A stretch of DNA of 64,000 bases, taken from Octopus vulgaris. Its lineage: Eukaryota. The position numbers were made by a program, and so were the translations under genes. Shown here one piece after another: positions 35,733 through 49,009 of this stretch; positions within the stretch are counted from its first letter, which is position 1; each line of letters opens with the position of its first letter. The notes beneath the pieces are model-generated. The model worked only from the letters and a program-made list of their open reading frames with translations, was not told the origin of the DNA and did not search any database. The stretch spans positions 18,104,001-18,168,000 of the forward strand of contig OX597837.1 in the NCBI GenBank assembly GCA_951406725.2. The letters are read 5' to 3'.

Positions 35733-38700
35733 AAATTACCAGTGGTGGTCCAGTTTAATTTCTCAAAATGTTAGCACTGATACTACAAAACATTATGAGA
35801 CATGATCTTATTAAATGCAGCTTTGATTTTCATACCTGCCAAAGTCTGTTGAAATATTCCTTTGTCATTGTAGCAGCAACATATGCAAAATTCTCATCAA
35901 ATCTGAGATATATATCTATTTATGTGTATGTGTGAACTTGCTTATGCTGAGGACACTATTTTAAGTGAAGCAAATCCACAAACCTGTTTCAGTTTTGCTT
36001 ATTCTTCGTCAGTGATTGCTATATGACACTTCAGTAAGGACTTAGCAGTTGATCAACAGATAGGCACAGCTTGCTTGAAAATAAATTCATATTTTTTAAC
36101 AACCCATGTTCAACATTTAACAAAAATAGGTGGGTGGAAGTATAGGGAAAAAAATTGTTATTTCTGATTTCTTCATTACAAAAACATTGTTAAACACCCT
36201 CACTCCACAGCTTATGTATTAATCTCTTAATCAATTTTAATTTAAATTTCTACTTCAATTTTGCTTGCTAGAGATTCTTTCATATATAATCCAATTTCCT
36301 TTTAAAAATGTTACCATAGAAATCAAGGTAAAGAATCCCTTATGAATGGATGATTTTTATTTTTTTCTAATCTTTTTCTTCCTGTTCACATAATGAATTG
36401 CAGTTCTTTATATTTAAATTTCTATTTATTTGATTAATTTATTTTACCAAACAGCTCTGTAAATCTTTCATGATATCAGGGCATTGTGACTTCATTATCC
36501 AATCAAAAGTGTGTCATTTAAACATCATTTTGTTTAATCTATCTCTTCTAATCCATATTGTCTAATTTAGTATTGAGACATAGCTAATATTCTCATCTCT
36601 CACAGTTTTCAAGTATATTTCTCATTGGAAATATTTTTACTGAAATATGTGTTTGTATAACTTTATTTTGTTCTCATTTTTATTTAGTTATTTTGAGATA
36701 TTGCTGGAAACTAAATCTTGTCCTTCATTTATGGCATAATGACGGTTTAACTAAGTGGTATGTGGTTTACCTGCCATGACTATCTTATTTAACTAAGTTT
36801 AAGTGCAGTGGTATAACAGTAAGTTGTTGGAAAACATTGCTTTTATTAATCAAAAATGGTGGAAAGATTGGTTAATTATTGTCTCAAATATTGGCACAAG
36901 GCTAGTAATTGGGCTGGAGGTGTTCTATATTATTGACCGTCAAAGGATGAAAAGTCAAATTGACCTAGGTGGAATTTGAGCTCAGCACATTAAAGAGCTA
37001 GAAAAATTGCTTATTAAGCATTTTAAATTACACACTGATTCTGCCAGCTTACCATCTTGTTAGTTAATAATGCCAAGCAATAAAGTACTTTCTCTAGTCT
37101 GACCAAAGTCAAGATGGTGAATTAGAATTATTATTTTTGGAGAAAATCCTTTTGCCATTTGATTACAGCTTCTATATGCTCTAAGTTCTGATCCTGCCAA
37201 GGTCAGTTTTGCTTTATCAGTCTTGTCTGGGATGAATGAAATAAAGTACCAATCAAGCACCGAGGTTGATTACTAAACGCATATTAAATGTGAATGGAAT
37301 TATAATAGAAGCCACCATCTTTCATCCCATTAAAGTCAGTAAATAGTATCATTAACAGATTTAATCAACTATACAATATCATTTTCAACTACTGGTCTTG
37401 ACTTAAACTATCTTAATATTGGTTTGCATTTGAAATTTTAATTAGGCTTTTGATGATTGGTTAGCATATGCGCAGTATTATAATCTAATTTTTCGATGCT
37501 AATAGTTTTCTTCATTAGAACACTTACATGTTGTTGAAGCTAGGGAAGTCTACTGCACAAAGTTGTTTAGAACCTTTTGTCAACTCAACAGACTGAAACC
37601 AAGGAGAATTATGTCCTTTATCCAGCGGTATTATGTAATGGTTAATGTTTGGCTTATGTAATTGGTAGCCCAGTGTGTTTATAGTTCTTGTCTAACCTCA
37701 TCTATCTCTCTCTCTCTGTCAGGTACAATGATTAAGAAGATATTAGACTTAGATGTTTATTGTTCTAGAACACGAACCAAACAGCAATAGTCTTACAATT
37801 AATTTGATGATTCAACAGTAACTGTTTTACTGTTTTCATTTTTGTGTTTTTTTAAATTTTTTTCTCTGTGTGTGTATTTATATATATATATCAATGAACT
37901 AGAAAAAATAATTTGCAAAATATGCCTAACCAGTTCTCTTCCTTGATCTCATCATTGTTGAGGTTTCATTCAATATTTTAAAGACCTAATTGAGGAGGGG
38001 ATTTTAACCATTATTGTTTGGGGTGGGGGTTGAACATGAATATCTGACCTGCTAGGCTTTCCATAAAAATATTAAATACATTTTATGTTTTTTTTTTTCT
38101 TGTCTCTTCTGTGTGATAATTAAATGAAGCATTTGTACAACTCTTTTGTTGAGCTAAAAGTAAAAATATCTTTTGAGCTCCACCATCTGCCTGTATGGGA
38201 TATTACGTTGTTTAAAGTTAAGCAAGACACAGTAATTCAACAACTTCACTTTTAGTCAGTGAAATAATGATGTAACAGTAAAGTTATTTTGAACCTGGTC
38301 AAGCAGAAATGGATGCTTGTTGATGTAGTTGATGTAGTTTATTGTAAGTGTTGATGTAGTTTATTGTATTTAAGTCAATCAGCTATATCCTTATCAAATT
38401 TCTAACAATGAAGACAAACTTGTCTTTTTCTTTTTCCCTTGATGAGTGTGTGTGCATGTGCGCACTTACATGCATATCCCACTGGAGTTTATAAATGTCA
38501 GCTCCAGGAATGTGTTAAACTCTTCCAGAGTATTCTCTACTTCATTACATATAAGTTAAGTTGAAAGCTGTTTTTAACTAATTAATATACCTGAATTACC
38601 AAATTGTCCATTTGCACTATCTAACACTCGTTGATGTTCTTTTAGCCTTTATCTGCTCTGACACTCTTACGGTGTGGAGTTAGCTATCAAATAATAAGCA

Positions 38701-39387
38701 ATAGCTCTTGAGATACTATATAATGGACTGTGCTGTGTATATTCGGTAATGCAGTTGTTGGATGTTGCTTTCTTGTATCTAATGTTGACCATAGTATTAA
38801 GGGAAACCTAACTGGATTCAGTATAAACTGTTGGCATGCAGTGGCAATGTTGAACAATTTTCATGGGTTTATATTTCTATAATCCCTGTTAATATTTGGG
38901 TTCTGAAAACAAACAGTATGCAGATTTTTTTCTCTCAGGAATAATGTATTAGTTTCTCAGCCAGATTTTACTGTTACATGTTTTATCAAACCTGGTGGAA
39001 TTAAAGCAAGGTGTGTCTCAAAGAAATATTAGGTAAAAATCTTGATAATCATAGTGCTATTTATTTGGGTTTCTATCAGTTATGAAAGAATCCTGAATCA
39101 AAATCAAGTTTTGAGGGACAGTTATTTGTTCACCTACCTAATTTCTAAACAGTCAGGTTTGTGTTAGAATTACTTTCCATATCATTTATTTTCACTGTAG
39201 TCCTTTGTATTATATGACACACTATAGCTCTTTGTCATATTACAGTAATCATTCAGTACTAGAATACTTCATTTCTCCTTACAGATATACACTTCTGCTG
39301 TGAAAAATTATTACAATTAGAAATACTAGCAGAAAGACTGCCCTCCAGGCGGTTTTCTGCTAGCCCCTCAAAAATATTTTCACATTT

Positions 39388-39599
39388 CAAGGCAGTGAGC
39401 TGGCAGAAATGTTAGCATGCCAGGCAAAATGCTTAGTGTATTTCCTGTCTTTACATTCTGAGTTCAAACTCTACCAAGGTCGACTTTGCCTTTCATCCTT
39501 TAGAAGTCAGTAAATTAAGTACCAGTTGCATACTGGGATCAATCTAATCGACTGGCCCCCTCCCCCCAAATTTCGGGCCTTATGCCTAGAGTAGAAAAG
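39388..39599 (+). mobile_element. SINE family A, full length with TSD
   Basis: Same head and body as 1069-1274. A 15-bp direct repeat aatattttcacattt lies at 39373-39387 and 39600-39614. Confidence 0.9.
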
Positions 39600-40532
39600 A
39601 ATATTTTCACATTTGATTCCCAATTCTAATAATTTTTATATTTTACGTCTTATTATTTCTTTGTATAATAGTGCTCCTTGCTTAGTAAAAGTTACTTTCA
39701 TTATTTTATTAGTCATAATCTCTCTCTTTTAAACAAACATCATGGTAATCCAACATCAGAGGGAGAAGCAATTTGTCAAGTTTTACCTTCCCCTCAAAGC
39801 AACATAGAGATTACAATTCTGCAGCCCATCTGTTAGCTTTGCATTGTGTGTGTGTGAGAGAGAAGGGGTGGGGAGAGCATTGCAAACAATGAATGAAATG
39901 AAAAAAATCATATAAAAAGGGCATTACTACAGCTGTATATGCACCCCCCCCCCCGACTTTGTTGCCTCATAACATCCAGAAAAATGGATACTTTTTAACA
40001 AAATTTTCTACAAAAACTGTTTAGATGTTGTGGCTTCAGAGTATATAGGGATTTATGGGAATGAATTTTTTCGAAGTGGTGTAGAGAGGAGTTTGGGAAA
40101 TTTCACATGATCCAACTTTTTTCCCTCATAACTTTCAAGAAAATTGGTATCTTTTGTGCTTCAAAACCATGGGAAGAGCATTTCAGTAAAAAAAAAATAG
40201 TAAAAAATTGTTAATATTTTCAGAGGGAAAAGTGAGTGATTTAAAGGCAATTTGGTTGTTGTTTCTAGCACATCCAAAGACAACCCTCCTCGCTTCTTTA
40301 TCACTCTCGCATGTATTAATGCTTTTTCAATATTTTTTCCCCATAAATACATTTATATGCAAAAAAAAAAATATTTGAGAAATTATGAATTTTTGCAACC
40401 CTGCCCCAATTATTTCTGCTTAGAAATTAAAATATTGGTCATTGCTGGCATTTATCCACAGTGATTTAAAAAAATTATAGAGATGTTCTTGAATAGCAAG
40501 TGACTTGATCTGAGATCATGTACTGAAACAAA

Positions 40533-40814
40533 AACAATTGCATTGTAGAAGATGTAAGCCATTCAAAAACACACAAAAAGTTAGTTTCATTTCAACATTT
40601 AAATTTCATGTGTCAAAATATTTTCGTTGCTTTGAAACCGTGATCTGTTTGCTGACAAAACTTCACAATGGTGATGCAGCAAGAAGTTTTGTCAGTGAAC
40701 ACATCGCAGTTTCAAAGCAACAAAAATATTTTGACACAAATGAAATTTAAATGTTGAAGTGAAACTTTTTGTGTTCATGAATGGCTTACAAACATCTTCT
40801 ACACTGCAGTTGTT
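40533..40814. repeat. About 280-bp fold-back (arms about 130 bp, 18-nt loop)
   Basis: 40533-40664 pairs with 40683-40814 (e.g. ctgacaaaacttc/gaagttttgtcag, tgtgtcaaaatatttt/aaaatattttgacaca, ttcaacatttaaatttcat/atgaaatttaaatgttgaa), with scattered mismatches and indels. Confidence 0.9.
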
Positions 40815-43749
40815 GATTTAAAAAAAAGAGTTATGTAAACGATAATTCACTTTATGGTTAGAAAATGTCTTACACACACACACGACTTCGTTTGATTCAG
40901 GTGGGGGTAAAAATTTAGATTACAATTTATTTTGTTGTTTTTTTCCACTAATGGACCACATGTTACTTCGGCATCATCATTCCATAAAATGTGGTTAAAG
41001 GGAGAAAAATATTGAAAAAACATGTGTGAGTGGAAAGGTTGGGGGTGTTAGAAACAACAGCAAAACTCCCCTTGAATTGTTCACCTTTTCCTCAGAAAAT
41101 ATCTACATTTTCTTCTTTCTTTCTTTTTTTTTTTACTGGAAAGGCTTCTCCCATGGTTTTTATGTTAAAAAGGAAAATGGCTAAAATCGTTATTCTATTG
41201 GTCATTTGCTGAACTGCTAAGTTACAGGGGACATAAGCAAACTAACATGGCTTGTCAAGTGTTGGGGTGGACACACATACATGATGGGTTTCAAGCAGTT
41301 TCTGTCTGCCAAATTCACTCATAAGGTATTGGTTGGCCTAGAGTCATAGTAGAAGTTGCCCAAAGTGGTGAGCAGAAGGACCGAGCCTGAAACCGAATGA
41401 TAGCATAATGGGCTACTTAACTACATAGCTATGCCTCCATTATCTTAGTTTTCCCATTAGAGCCATTGCCTTCAATTACTTCATTATGCCATGCTACACT
41501 AATAAACTTCATTTTGATGTATAAACTTTTCTTTGGGGGGATTGTTTTCTTTTCCTTCCTGTTTGAATTTTATCTTTTGACCTCTTAATAAGAGATGTCA
41601 TTCCAGTTCTTGGTGAGACCAATGGTCATTTGACCTAATTTGTGTATTTAGAATAATAGTCAGTGGTAAAAGTATTCTGACCTAGATTGAAAGAGACTGG
41701 AAAAGGTTTTATGGGGGGGGGGTCTGTCTCTGGTGATAATGGCAATACTTACACCTGAAATGAAAAAATTTAACTTTGAAGATTCATGTGGATCAGCTAA
41801 GACTGACTGTTGCTGATTGACACAACATTGCTATTTCACAATAGGTGAGTGGTGAAGCTAATAACCTTTTAGTTGAAGAGTCATAAATTTACATCCCCAT
41901 CACTGGTTTGATGTTATGCCCTTTGGTATGGTCCTGAATGCAGAGTATGTAAGAATAGGGAGAAAATAACTAATAGTGCACTAAATTGAAAGGAAACTGA
42001 TGTGGTATTTTGGTTTGCAGTCCTCCAGCTACATACAAGTAGCCTAAAATTACCCATTTGCAGCTTACATTTTCTATATGGACTGGCATTTTTGTAGAAT
42101 CTGTATCGGTATTCAATCATTCATGAACGTCTTTCATTTAACCTTTTTGATGCCAACTCCTTTCAGCTTTAAAGTGGTTTGAATTAAAACCTTCCTTAAA
42201 AATTTCATGTTAATATGTTCCAAACACCAGCACACCAGCTTAATAACTAATTTATTTTACAAAATGCATTATTTTTCAAATTAACTGAAACAAACAGACA
42301 TAGTAACAAAACTCTGCTTCAAGTGGCTCATTTTGCAATCTGACAAAAATGTTTGACAATTTGCTTAAGTCTTGTTAATTAAAACTATCGTCTCATCCTT
42401 ATAGTTGCAAGAATTAAACAGTCTCATCTGACGACAGAAATATATTTCCTTTTATTGTCATAAAAGAAAATGGAATAATCATATTTTCATAGTATCAATG
42501 TTTGGTGACTCATTGTTAGTTCAAGTGATGCTCAACCTCCTCTTTGCTTTTCATTCTCCCCCTGTTCATAGAATAATTAACAGTTATTTATTGGTTTTAA
42601 GTCAGTGAACTTTACTAAATTAGCTCTTGCCAACACAGAATCAGACTATCAATATTCTGCCAAATTCTAGTAAAAAAAAAAAAAAAAATTGACGTAATTT
42701 CAGATAAAATTGTATCTGAAGTTCATGAGAGAAACCATGAAAATTTGTATTCATAATTATTTAGATGATCTGAATAGTTCAAAATAATCATGTATATTTT
42801 TACTTGAACATGTTTCTGATGGAACTGTGGTATTAAGCAAGCTTTTGACCACAAGTAGAAATAATCAATCAAAGAACAAAGAGCTTATTGCAAGGAAATT
42901 ATACAGAGCTAGGCTAAACTAAAAGGAAATAACTGCTTGAAATTCTCTTGCTGATAAAGGAGCCTGTATTGTTAGGTATCCATGAGAACATTTTTCCTGT
43001 TCTGCTTAATAACAATTAACAGTAATCAGTATGTGTGTGTTCCATACACTAATGGAATCTGAGCATTCAAGGAAATTATAATATCCCTAAGCAGAAAACA
43101 ATTTTACTGGGAACACATATATTATTATTAATTTTTCAACATGTCTGAAAAACAGCTTATTATTAATTATTTTTCAATGTGTGCATGTATGCATGGTGTG
43201 TTCAATTTAAGGAATAGTGTGGGTTGTATATAGTAATCTTTTTCTTTTTTTGTCTATTTTAAAAACATGTTTGATTCCTAGAATCTTGTGGGGTTTTTTT
43301 TGTTACTGCTAATGTATTTAAACTAATCTATCTTCATAAAAAAAAAAAAACAAGTATTTCCCCATGGCCAGACAGGTTTTTCATGGAAGACTGGAAACAA
43401 AAAGCATCATTTGTATGATGGGATGCTGATTTACAATCATCACATGACATTGAAATAGGTGTACACACACACATGACAGGCTTCATTATTTTCCCTCTAC
43501 CAAATCCACTCACAAGGCTTTGTTTGGCCCAGAACTATAGTAGTCCACATGGTTGGCAAGCTTCAGCCACAACCATGCAGTCTTTATATATTTTATAACC
43601 TGATCTGGGAGCTTCTCAACTTTTGGGCAGTGTTTAGAGAGGTTTAATATCTAAAAATGGTATTTATCAGTTTAAGATGCACTGCTTTAACTGTTGAATG
43701 GTTTTACAACACTTAGTAGTTAATGGGGAAAATAAAGTTATATATTCTT

Positions 43750-44350
43750 TTATTCTATTACTTGTTTCAAACATTCGACTGCGGCCAGGTTAGAGCACAG
43801 CCTTGAAGGGTTTTAGTCGAATAAATTGATCCCAGGACTTACTTTTTTTCTAAGCGTAGTACTTATTCTATTGAGATCTTTTGCTGAACTGCTAAGTTTC
43901 AGGAGTATGAACACACCCAACACTGGTTGTAAAGCAATGGTTGGGGACAATCAGACACAAAGACACGCACAACAGGCTTCTTTCAGTTTCCATCTACCAA
44001 ATCCACTCACAAGGCTTTGGTCAGCCCAAGGTTATAGTAAAGACACTTGCTCAAGGAACCATACAGTGAAACTGAACCCAGAACCATGTGGTTGGGAAGC
44101 AAGCTTCTTACCACACAACCATGCCTGTACCTATATATATATATTCTTTTACTTGTTCAGTCATTTGACTGCAGCCTGCTGGAGCACCACCTTTAGTTTA
44201 GCAAATCGACCCCGGGACTTATTCTTTGTATGCCTAGTACTTATTCTATTGGTTTCTTTTTGCCTAACCGCTAAGTGACAGGGACATAAACACCAACATT
44301 GGTTGTCAAGCGATGATGGGGGACAAATACAGGTAGAAACAGTAAACACA
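43750..44350 (-). mobile_element. Two adjacent family-B SINEs (one near complete at 43750-44131, one truncated at 44144-44350)
   Basis: tRNA-like head on the minus strand (ggtacaggcatggttgtgtggtaagaagcttgcttcccaaccacatggttctgggttcag), a shared body, and a 3' tail similar to the CR1-group LINE tail. Confidence 0.85.
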
Positions 44351-44364
44351 TGCATACATATATA

Positions 44365-44572
44365 TCCTTTCTCCTTTGACCCTCTTCGGTCATGAATGAC
44401 CGTGGAATTGCACCTAGAAAGTTACCCTCCTAGGCACAAGTCTGGGCAAGGTTGTTTATGGAAGACCAGCAGTCACCCACGCATACCGGCCTCCCCTCAC
44501 CATGCCACCAATGTTTTCCAAAGGAAAGCCAGAGGCTGACACAGCTTGGCACCAGTGACGTCGCAGCTCATT
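44365..44572 (-). mobile_element. GC-rich short retroposon fragment, probably RTE-related
   Basis: GC-rich island with a terminal hairpin (cggtcat-gaatgaccg) next to a pyrimidine-rich tail. The family assignment is tentative. Confidence 0.4.
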
Positions 44573-44574
44573 TA

Positions 44575-44862
44575 TTAATGTGCAAGTGACCGAGCATTTC
44601 ACAGTCACATGTACCCTTAACGTAGTTCTCGGGTAGATTCAGCGTGACACAGAGTGTGACAAGGCTGGCCCTTTGAAATACAGGTACAACAGAAACAGAA
44701 AGAAAGAGAGAGTGAAAGTTGTAAAAGCGTACAGCAGGGTCCCCCCCCCTGCCAGAACCTCGTGGAGCTTTAAGTGTTTTCGCTCAATAAACATTCACAA
44801 TGCCCAGTCTGGGAATCGAAACCACGAGTCCGCTGCCCTAACCACTGGGCCATTGCACCTCC
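44575..44862 (-). mobile_element. tRNA-derived SINE (family C)
   Basis: The minus-strand head GGAGGTGCAATGGCCCAGTGGTTAGGGCAGCGGACTCGTGGTTTCGATTCCC contains A- and B-box motifs. A decayed relative lies at about 45480-45730. Confidence 0.85.
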
Positions 44863-47800
44863 ACATACATACATATATATATATATGACAGCCTTTTTTC
44901 AGTTTCTGCCTACCAAATCCACTCACTCCAAGACTATAGTAGAAGACACTTGCCCAAGGTGCCACGCTATATATATATATATATATTTTACTTCTTTTTT
45001 TTTTTTCTGATATCCTTTTTATTATACTTGTATGTACCATACAGCCTTGAATTTGTTTTAGCCATCACAATTAAGTCTATGCTGGAGCAACCACCTTAAA
45101 TTTTGTCTGCAGTTAGCTACATATCTTACCACCATATACTCTGAGTGAGTACATAGTGGTAGGAGAAAAATCTGTTATGAAAGTAAACTGAGGCGAACAG
45201 AATTGTGAATCTTGGCCAGTATCATTATACAGACTTAGATTTGAGCTCATGATCACAGAAATTCACCATACTAAAGCAACTAATTGTCTTGTATATTGTT
45301 CTTTTTCTTTCATTTTTTTCTTTAATATAGTTTGTAACTTCTACCAGTTTTTTGGTATGACAAGCATCTTGCTATATATATATTTCCTGCTATCCTCTGT
45401 CTCTAGATGATGTAAAAACTGGCACCCCATTGGTTACAATGAGTGTTACTGTTAATCCAACAAACACAACGCCTGCTCCTGAAATTAATGGGCAAGTCAC
45501 TGAGCATTCCACAGATACATGTAACCTTAACATAGTTTACAGGGAGATCCAGCATGACTCGAAATGTGCCATGGCTGGCCCTTTCAAATATAAGTACATT
45601 AATTTTTACCATCAAAGTGGACCAGAGCAACATGAAATTAAGTGTCTTTCTCAAGAACACAACGTGCTACCAGGTATCACACTGCCTGACGATTGAACCG
45701 AATACCCCTAACCACTAAGCCATGCACCTTCACAAATAACATAGTAGTTCTGGTAGAGAGTTTGATAGATCCACCCATACTTTTTATCTAGCTATATGCT
45801 GATGACAAGTGTATTAACACTTTGTTTTCAGATATTCTTGTTAATGATTTTCAGAAGGTTGCATTTGAATGCATCATCATCCCAAGGTGAAATCTGTAAG
45901 AAGTTTATCTGCTTTACACTGGTTAATACAAGTATTAGTTCCCTTTTCAGATGGAAGGAGAAGTACACTAAGAGAACCCTGATACTGTGGAAAGTAATAC
46001 GAATGGATTTAATCTTTTCACACACACACGAGTTGCACCTGTTTGGCAAGTGATTTGATTTAAGATAGTGTTTTGGGATTAAAACAATTACATTGTGGTA
46101 GCCATTAAAAATACACAAACACTTATATTCCCTTTTACTTTGTTTTTTTTTTTGTAATGATAATATTTATATTATTTGATGTGTGTGTGTGTGTGTGTGT
46201 ACACATATACACAACTTTTCACACAAACATAATAACCACAAACATTTTCCACAGAATCAGCTTTAATTAAATATTTATTACATTTGATATCTCCTCACAG
46301 TCAGACCAATCATATCTACTTTTATTTATCTTCAGTTAAAACCATCCAAACAATCTTCCATTTCTTTCATTTTATTTATTTTGTTTCCTGTTAATTCATG
46401 CAGATGTTAGGATGAATGAACTCAGAAATAGTGATAGAGTATGTTGGGTAGGGGGGATGTAAAGTGAGGATGATGATGATACAGATAAGTTATTTGAGGA
46501 GAGAAAACTGATTTTGTTATGTATTATACCCAAATGCATAAAAATAAATAAATATTGGTAGATTGCTGTTGATGATACTTATGGTGTTGCTGTTGAGAAA
46601 ATCTAAACGAACTAAATCTTTATATTTTAGTTGCTGTCAGTTGAAAGTTAATTTATTTTCTAGGTGCCACACAGACAACACATTTGTTGAGAGAAGGGGA
46701 AAATATGACTGATTAAATCAAACTTAGTATATCACTGATTATTGTCCCACAGAGAATTTAGAGGTGTATGAAACTGTTTAGATGGTATAAACATCTTTAT
46801 TTTTCTTATCAGTCTCTTAATAATATTGATTTTTATTTCTCAATTGGTACAAGACCAATGTTGTAAACTTGAATTACTCCAGTATGTGACTGGTATTTAC
46901 ATGGTAGTCTGAGTTGCAATGACAAACTGAACTTCAGAAATCTATGTGTCAAAAATTTTGCAGAAATTTGTATTTTGTTTTGTTGATTTTCTGTTTTATT
47001 AGGAGCCATGACAGCTTGCTCATGGGCAGTTTAAAAATGAATTTATTGTATTCAAATTGTTTAATAAGTAGTTTAATTGGAAATAGATACTGACTCCAGT
47101 ACTGGGCTGGTCCTTATTTTATTGATGCCCAGATGGATGAAAGGCAAAGTTGGTCTCAGTGGGATTTAAACTTAGAATGTAAAGCACTGTAACCAAATAC
47201 CACAAGCTATTTTCTCTGATGTTCTAATGAGTCTACTAATTGACTGACTATAGAATTAAGATTTTTTTATTTCATTCATAAGTTCTTGCTTTTGTACAAG
47301 GTTACATTTGCAAAGTAGCTATAGTTGATTGACTTGACTTAGAGTAAATAGCTGATAGTTATTTTATTGATTCTTGAGTGTGTGTCATAGTTGAGACATT
47401 AGAGATGTCATTGAAATGAGAAAACGGCTTTAACCAGAAACTGCAACTAGGTCATTCTCTTTTGACTGTGTAGAGTATTTTTCTTTTATTGTCAGGCAGT
47501 TGCATTATTGTTGTTGTTGTTTTTAGAGCCTTGCATTATTTGTTCTGGCTCCTTACATTCTAAGTTTAAATCTGGCTACGGTCAGCTTTGCCTTTCATCT
47601 ATCCAGGGTTGATAAAGTACCTGTCAAGTGCTAGGGTTAAAAGCATTGACTAACACACCCCTCAGAATTGCTGGCTTTGTACCAAATTAGAAATTAGGAT
47701 AGTTTTAAATTTCCTTTCATTTCCCCCATCTTCAATCTTTTTTCTTTTTTCCTTCCCCACCCCACCTTATCTGATCTTATCAGGGATCAGCTGGGAGCCT

Positions 47801-49009
47801 GGTGGGGGGAGGCCCATAGTAAATTTCCCTCAGTCAGCTCCATTATCTCTTCAGTAACACATCATCAATGTGCTTCACTCTCAGTCATAAAGGCTGTGGT
47901 AGTGGGGCAGAGAACCATTTGTCATATTCTCAATAAGTCTTAATAAAGCTTCTATAAAGACTCAGAAATTCCAGAAAAATAATCAGCCAAGACATTGATG
48001 TTAGCAGTGGGGAGGAGTGTTATATTCTAGTTGGATGGGACCTTACTGAATAAGATTAATTCTTATCACCACCACCTCTACCACCAAGCTGGTTAGTATC
48101 ATATTGCCTGATCAGGACATCAGGGAACATAGGTTTCTCTTCATCACTTTCTTTGTTTCCCTTACCCACAATTCATGTGATCATTCATTAGCTATTATTT
48201 AAAAATTCTGGCTTAACCACCTTCACCTGCAAACACTCCTACATATCCTGCTGTCACCATCACTGCTACGATGTGTGTGTGTGTATTATATAAATTTTTT
48301 CTCTCTCTTTCACTAATTTCATATGTGCAATGTTTTTATTCACACCTGCTTGTAACAAATTGTGGAGATGTTTGGCAAACTTCTTTTTACTAAAATTTTG
48401 AAGTGAAATTCTACAGAGCTGCTAACACTTTTGTTAACTAAGTCATCCTTGATTGAGCAAACCTATGCTCAAAAGCATTCCAACCATGATCATCCTGTCT
48501 TTTTAGGACTACAATGTCTCACGTGTTTCCTTATTTAAGAGAATGGGAAGTAATTTTAAGGTTTCAAAAGTTTTAATAACAATGATTTGAAAGTTTATTG
48601 CAAATATTGAACTGATTTAAAATTAGTAAATTGAAGGATCCACCCCCATCAGTCAAAAAGAAAACAAAAAGAAAGACAAGTTTGATCAATTTAGAATTGG
48701 TTTCTGCCTAGACTTCTCTGATGACAGCACTCTCTTATGTAGTACATGACTAGTTGTTTATCTTCCACAATATACAGCGGTATATGTTAATTCTATTGTC
48801 ATTACTATCTTAATCCCTTTCAAGTCACAATTACAGATTGAGTGTGAAGTACAGAGTACATTTATTTCTCTCTTTAATGTTGTCATGGCTTTCATCACCA
48901 TTCTTTCTTTAATCCTCTCAACTCCACTAAGCTATATAATGACATCTACCACCACATTATAACTATTTTAACTGAAAAACCCTATTGCCACAATCCACAT
49001 CATTATGTA

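Larger units (their letters stand above)
39326..40920 (-). mobile_element. Helitron-like non-autonomous element with nested insertions
   Basis: On the minus strand a GC hairpin accgcc-tggag-ggcagt lies about 8 nt before a terminal CTAG|T at 39326, the canonical Helitron 3' end. The 5' boundary is uncertain. An inverted internal copy of about 40160-40300 lies at about 41020-41170. Confidence 0.55.

Noticed and set aside
44810-44862. tRNA gene
   Set aside because: A and B boxes are present but the cloverleaf is incomplete and runs into a SINE body. This is a SINE head.
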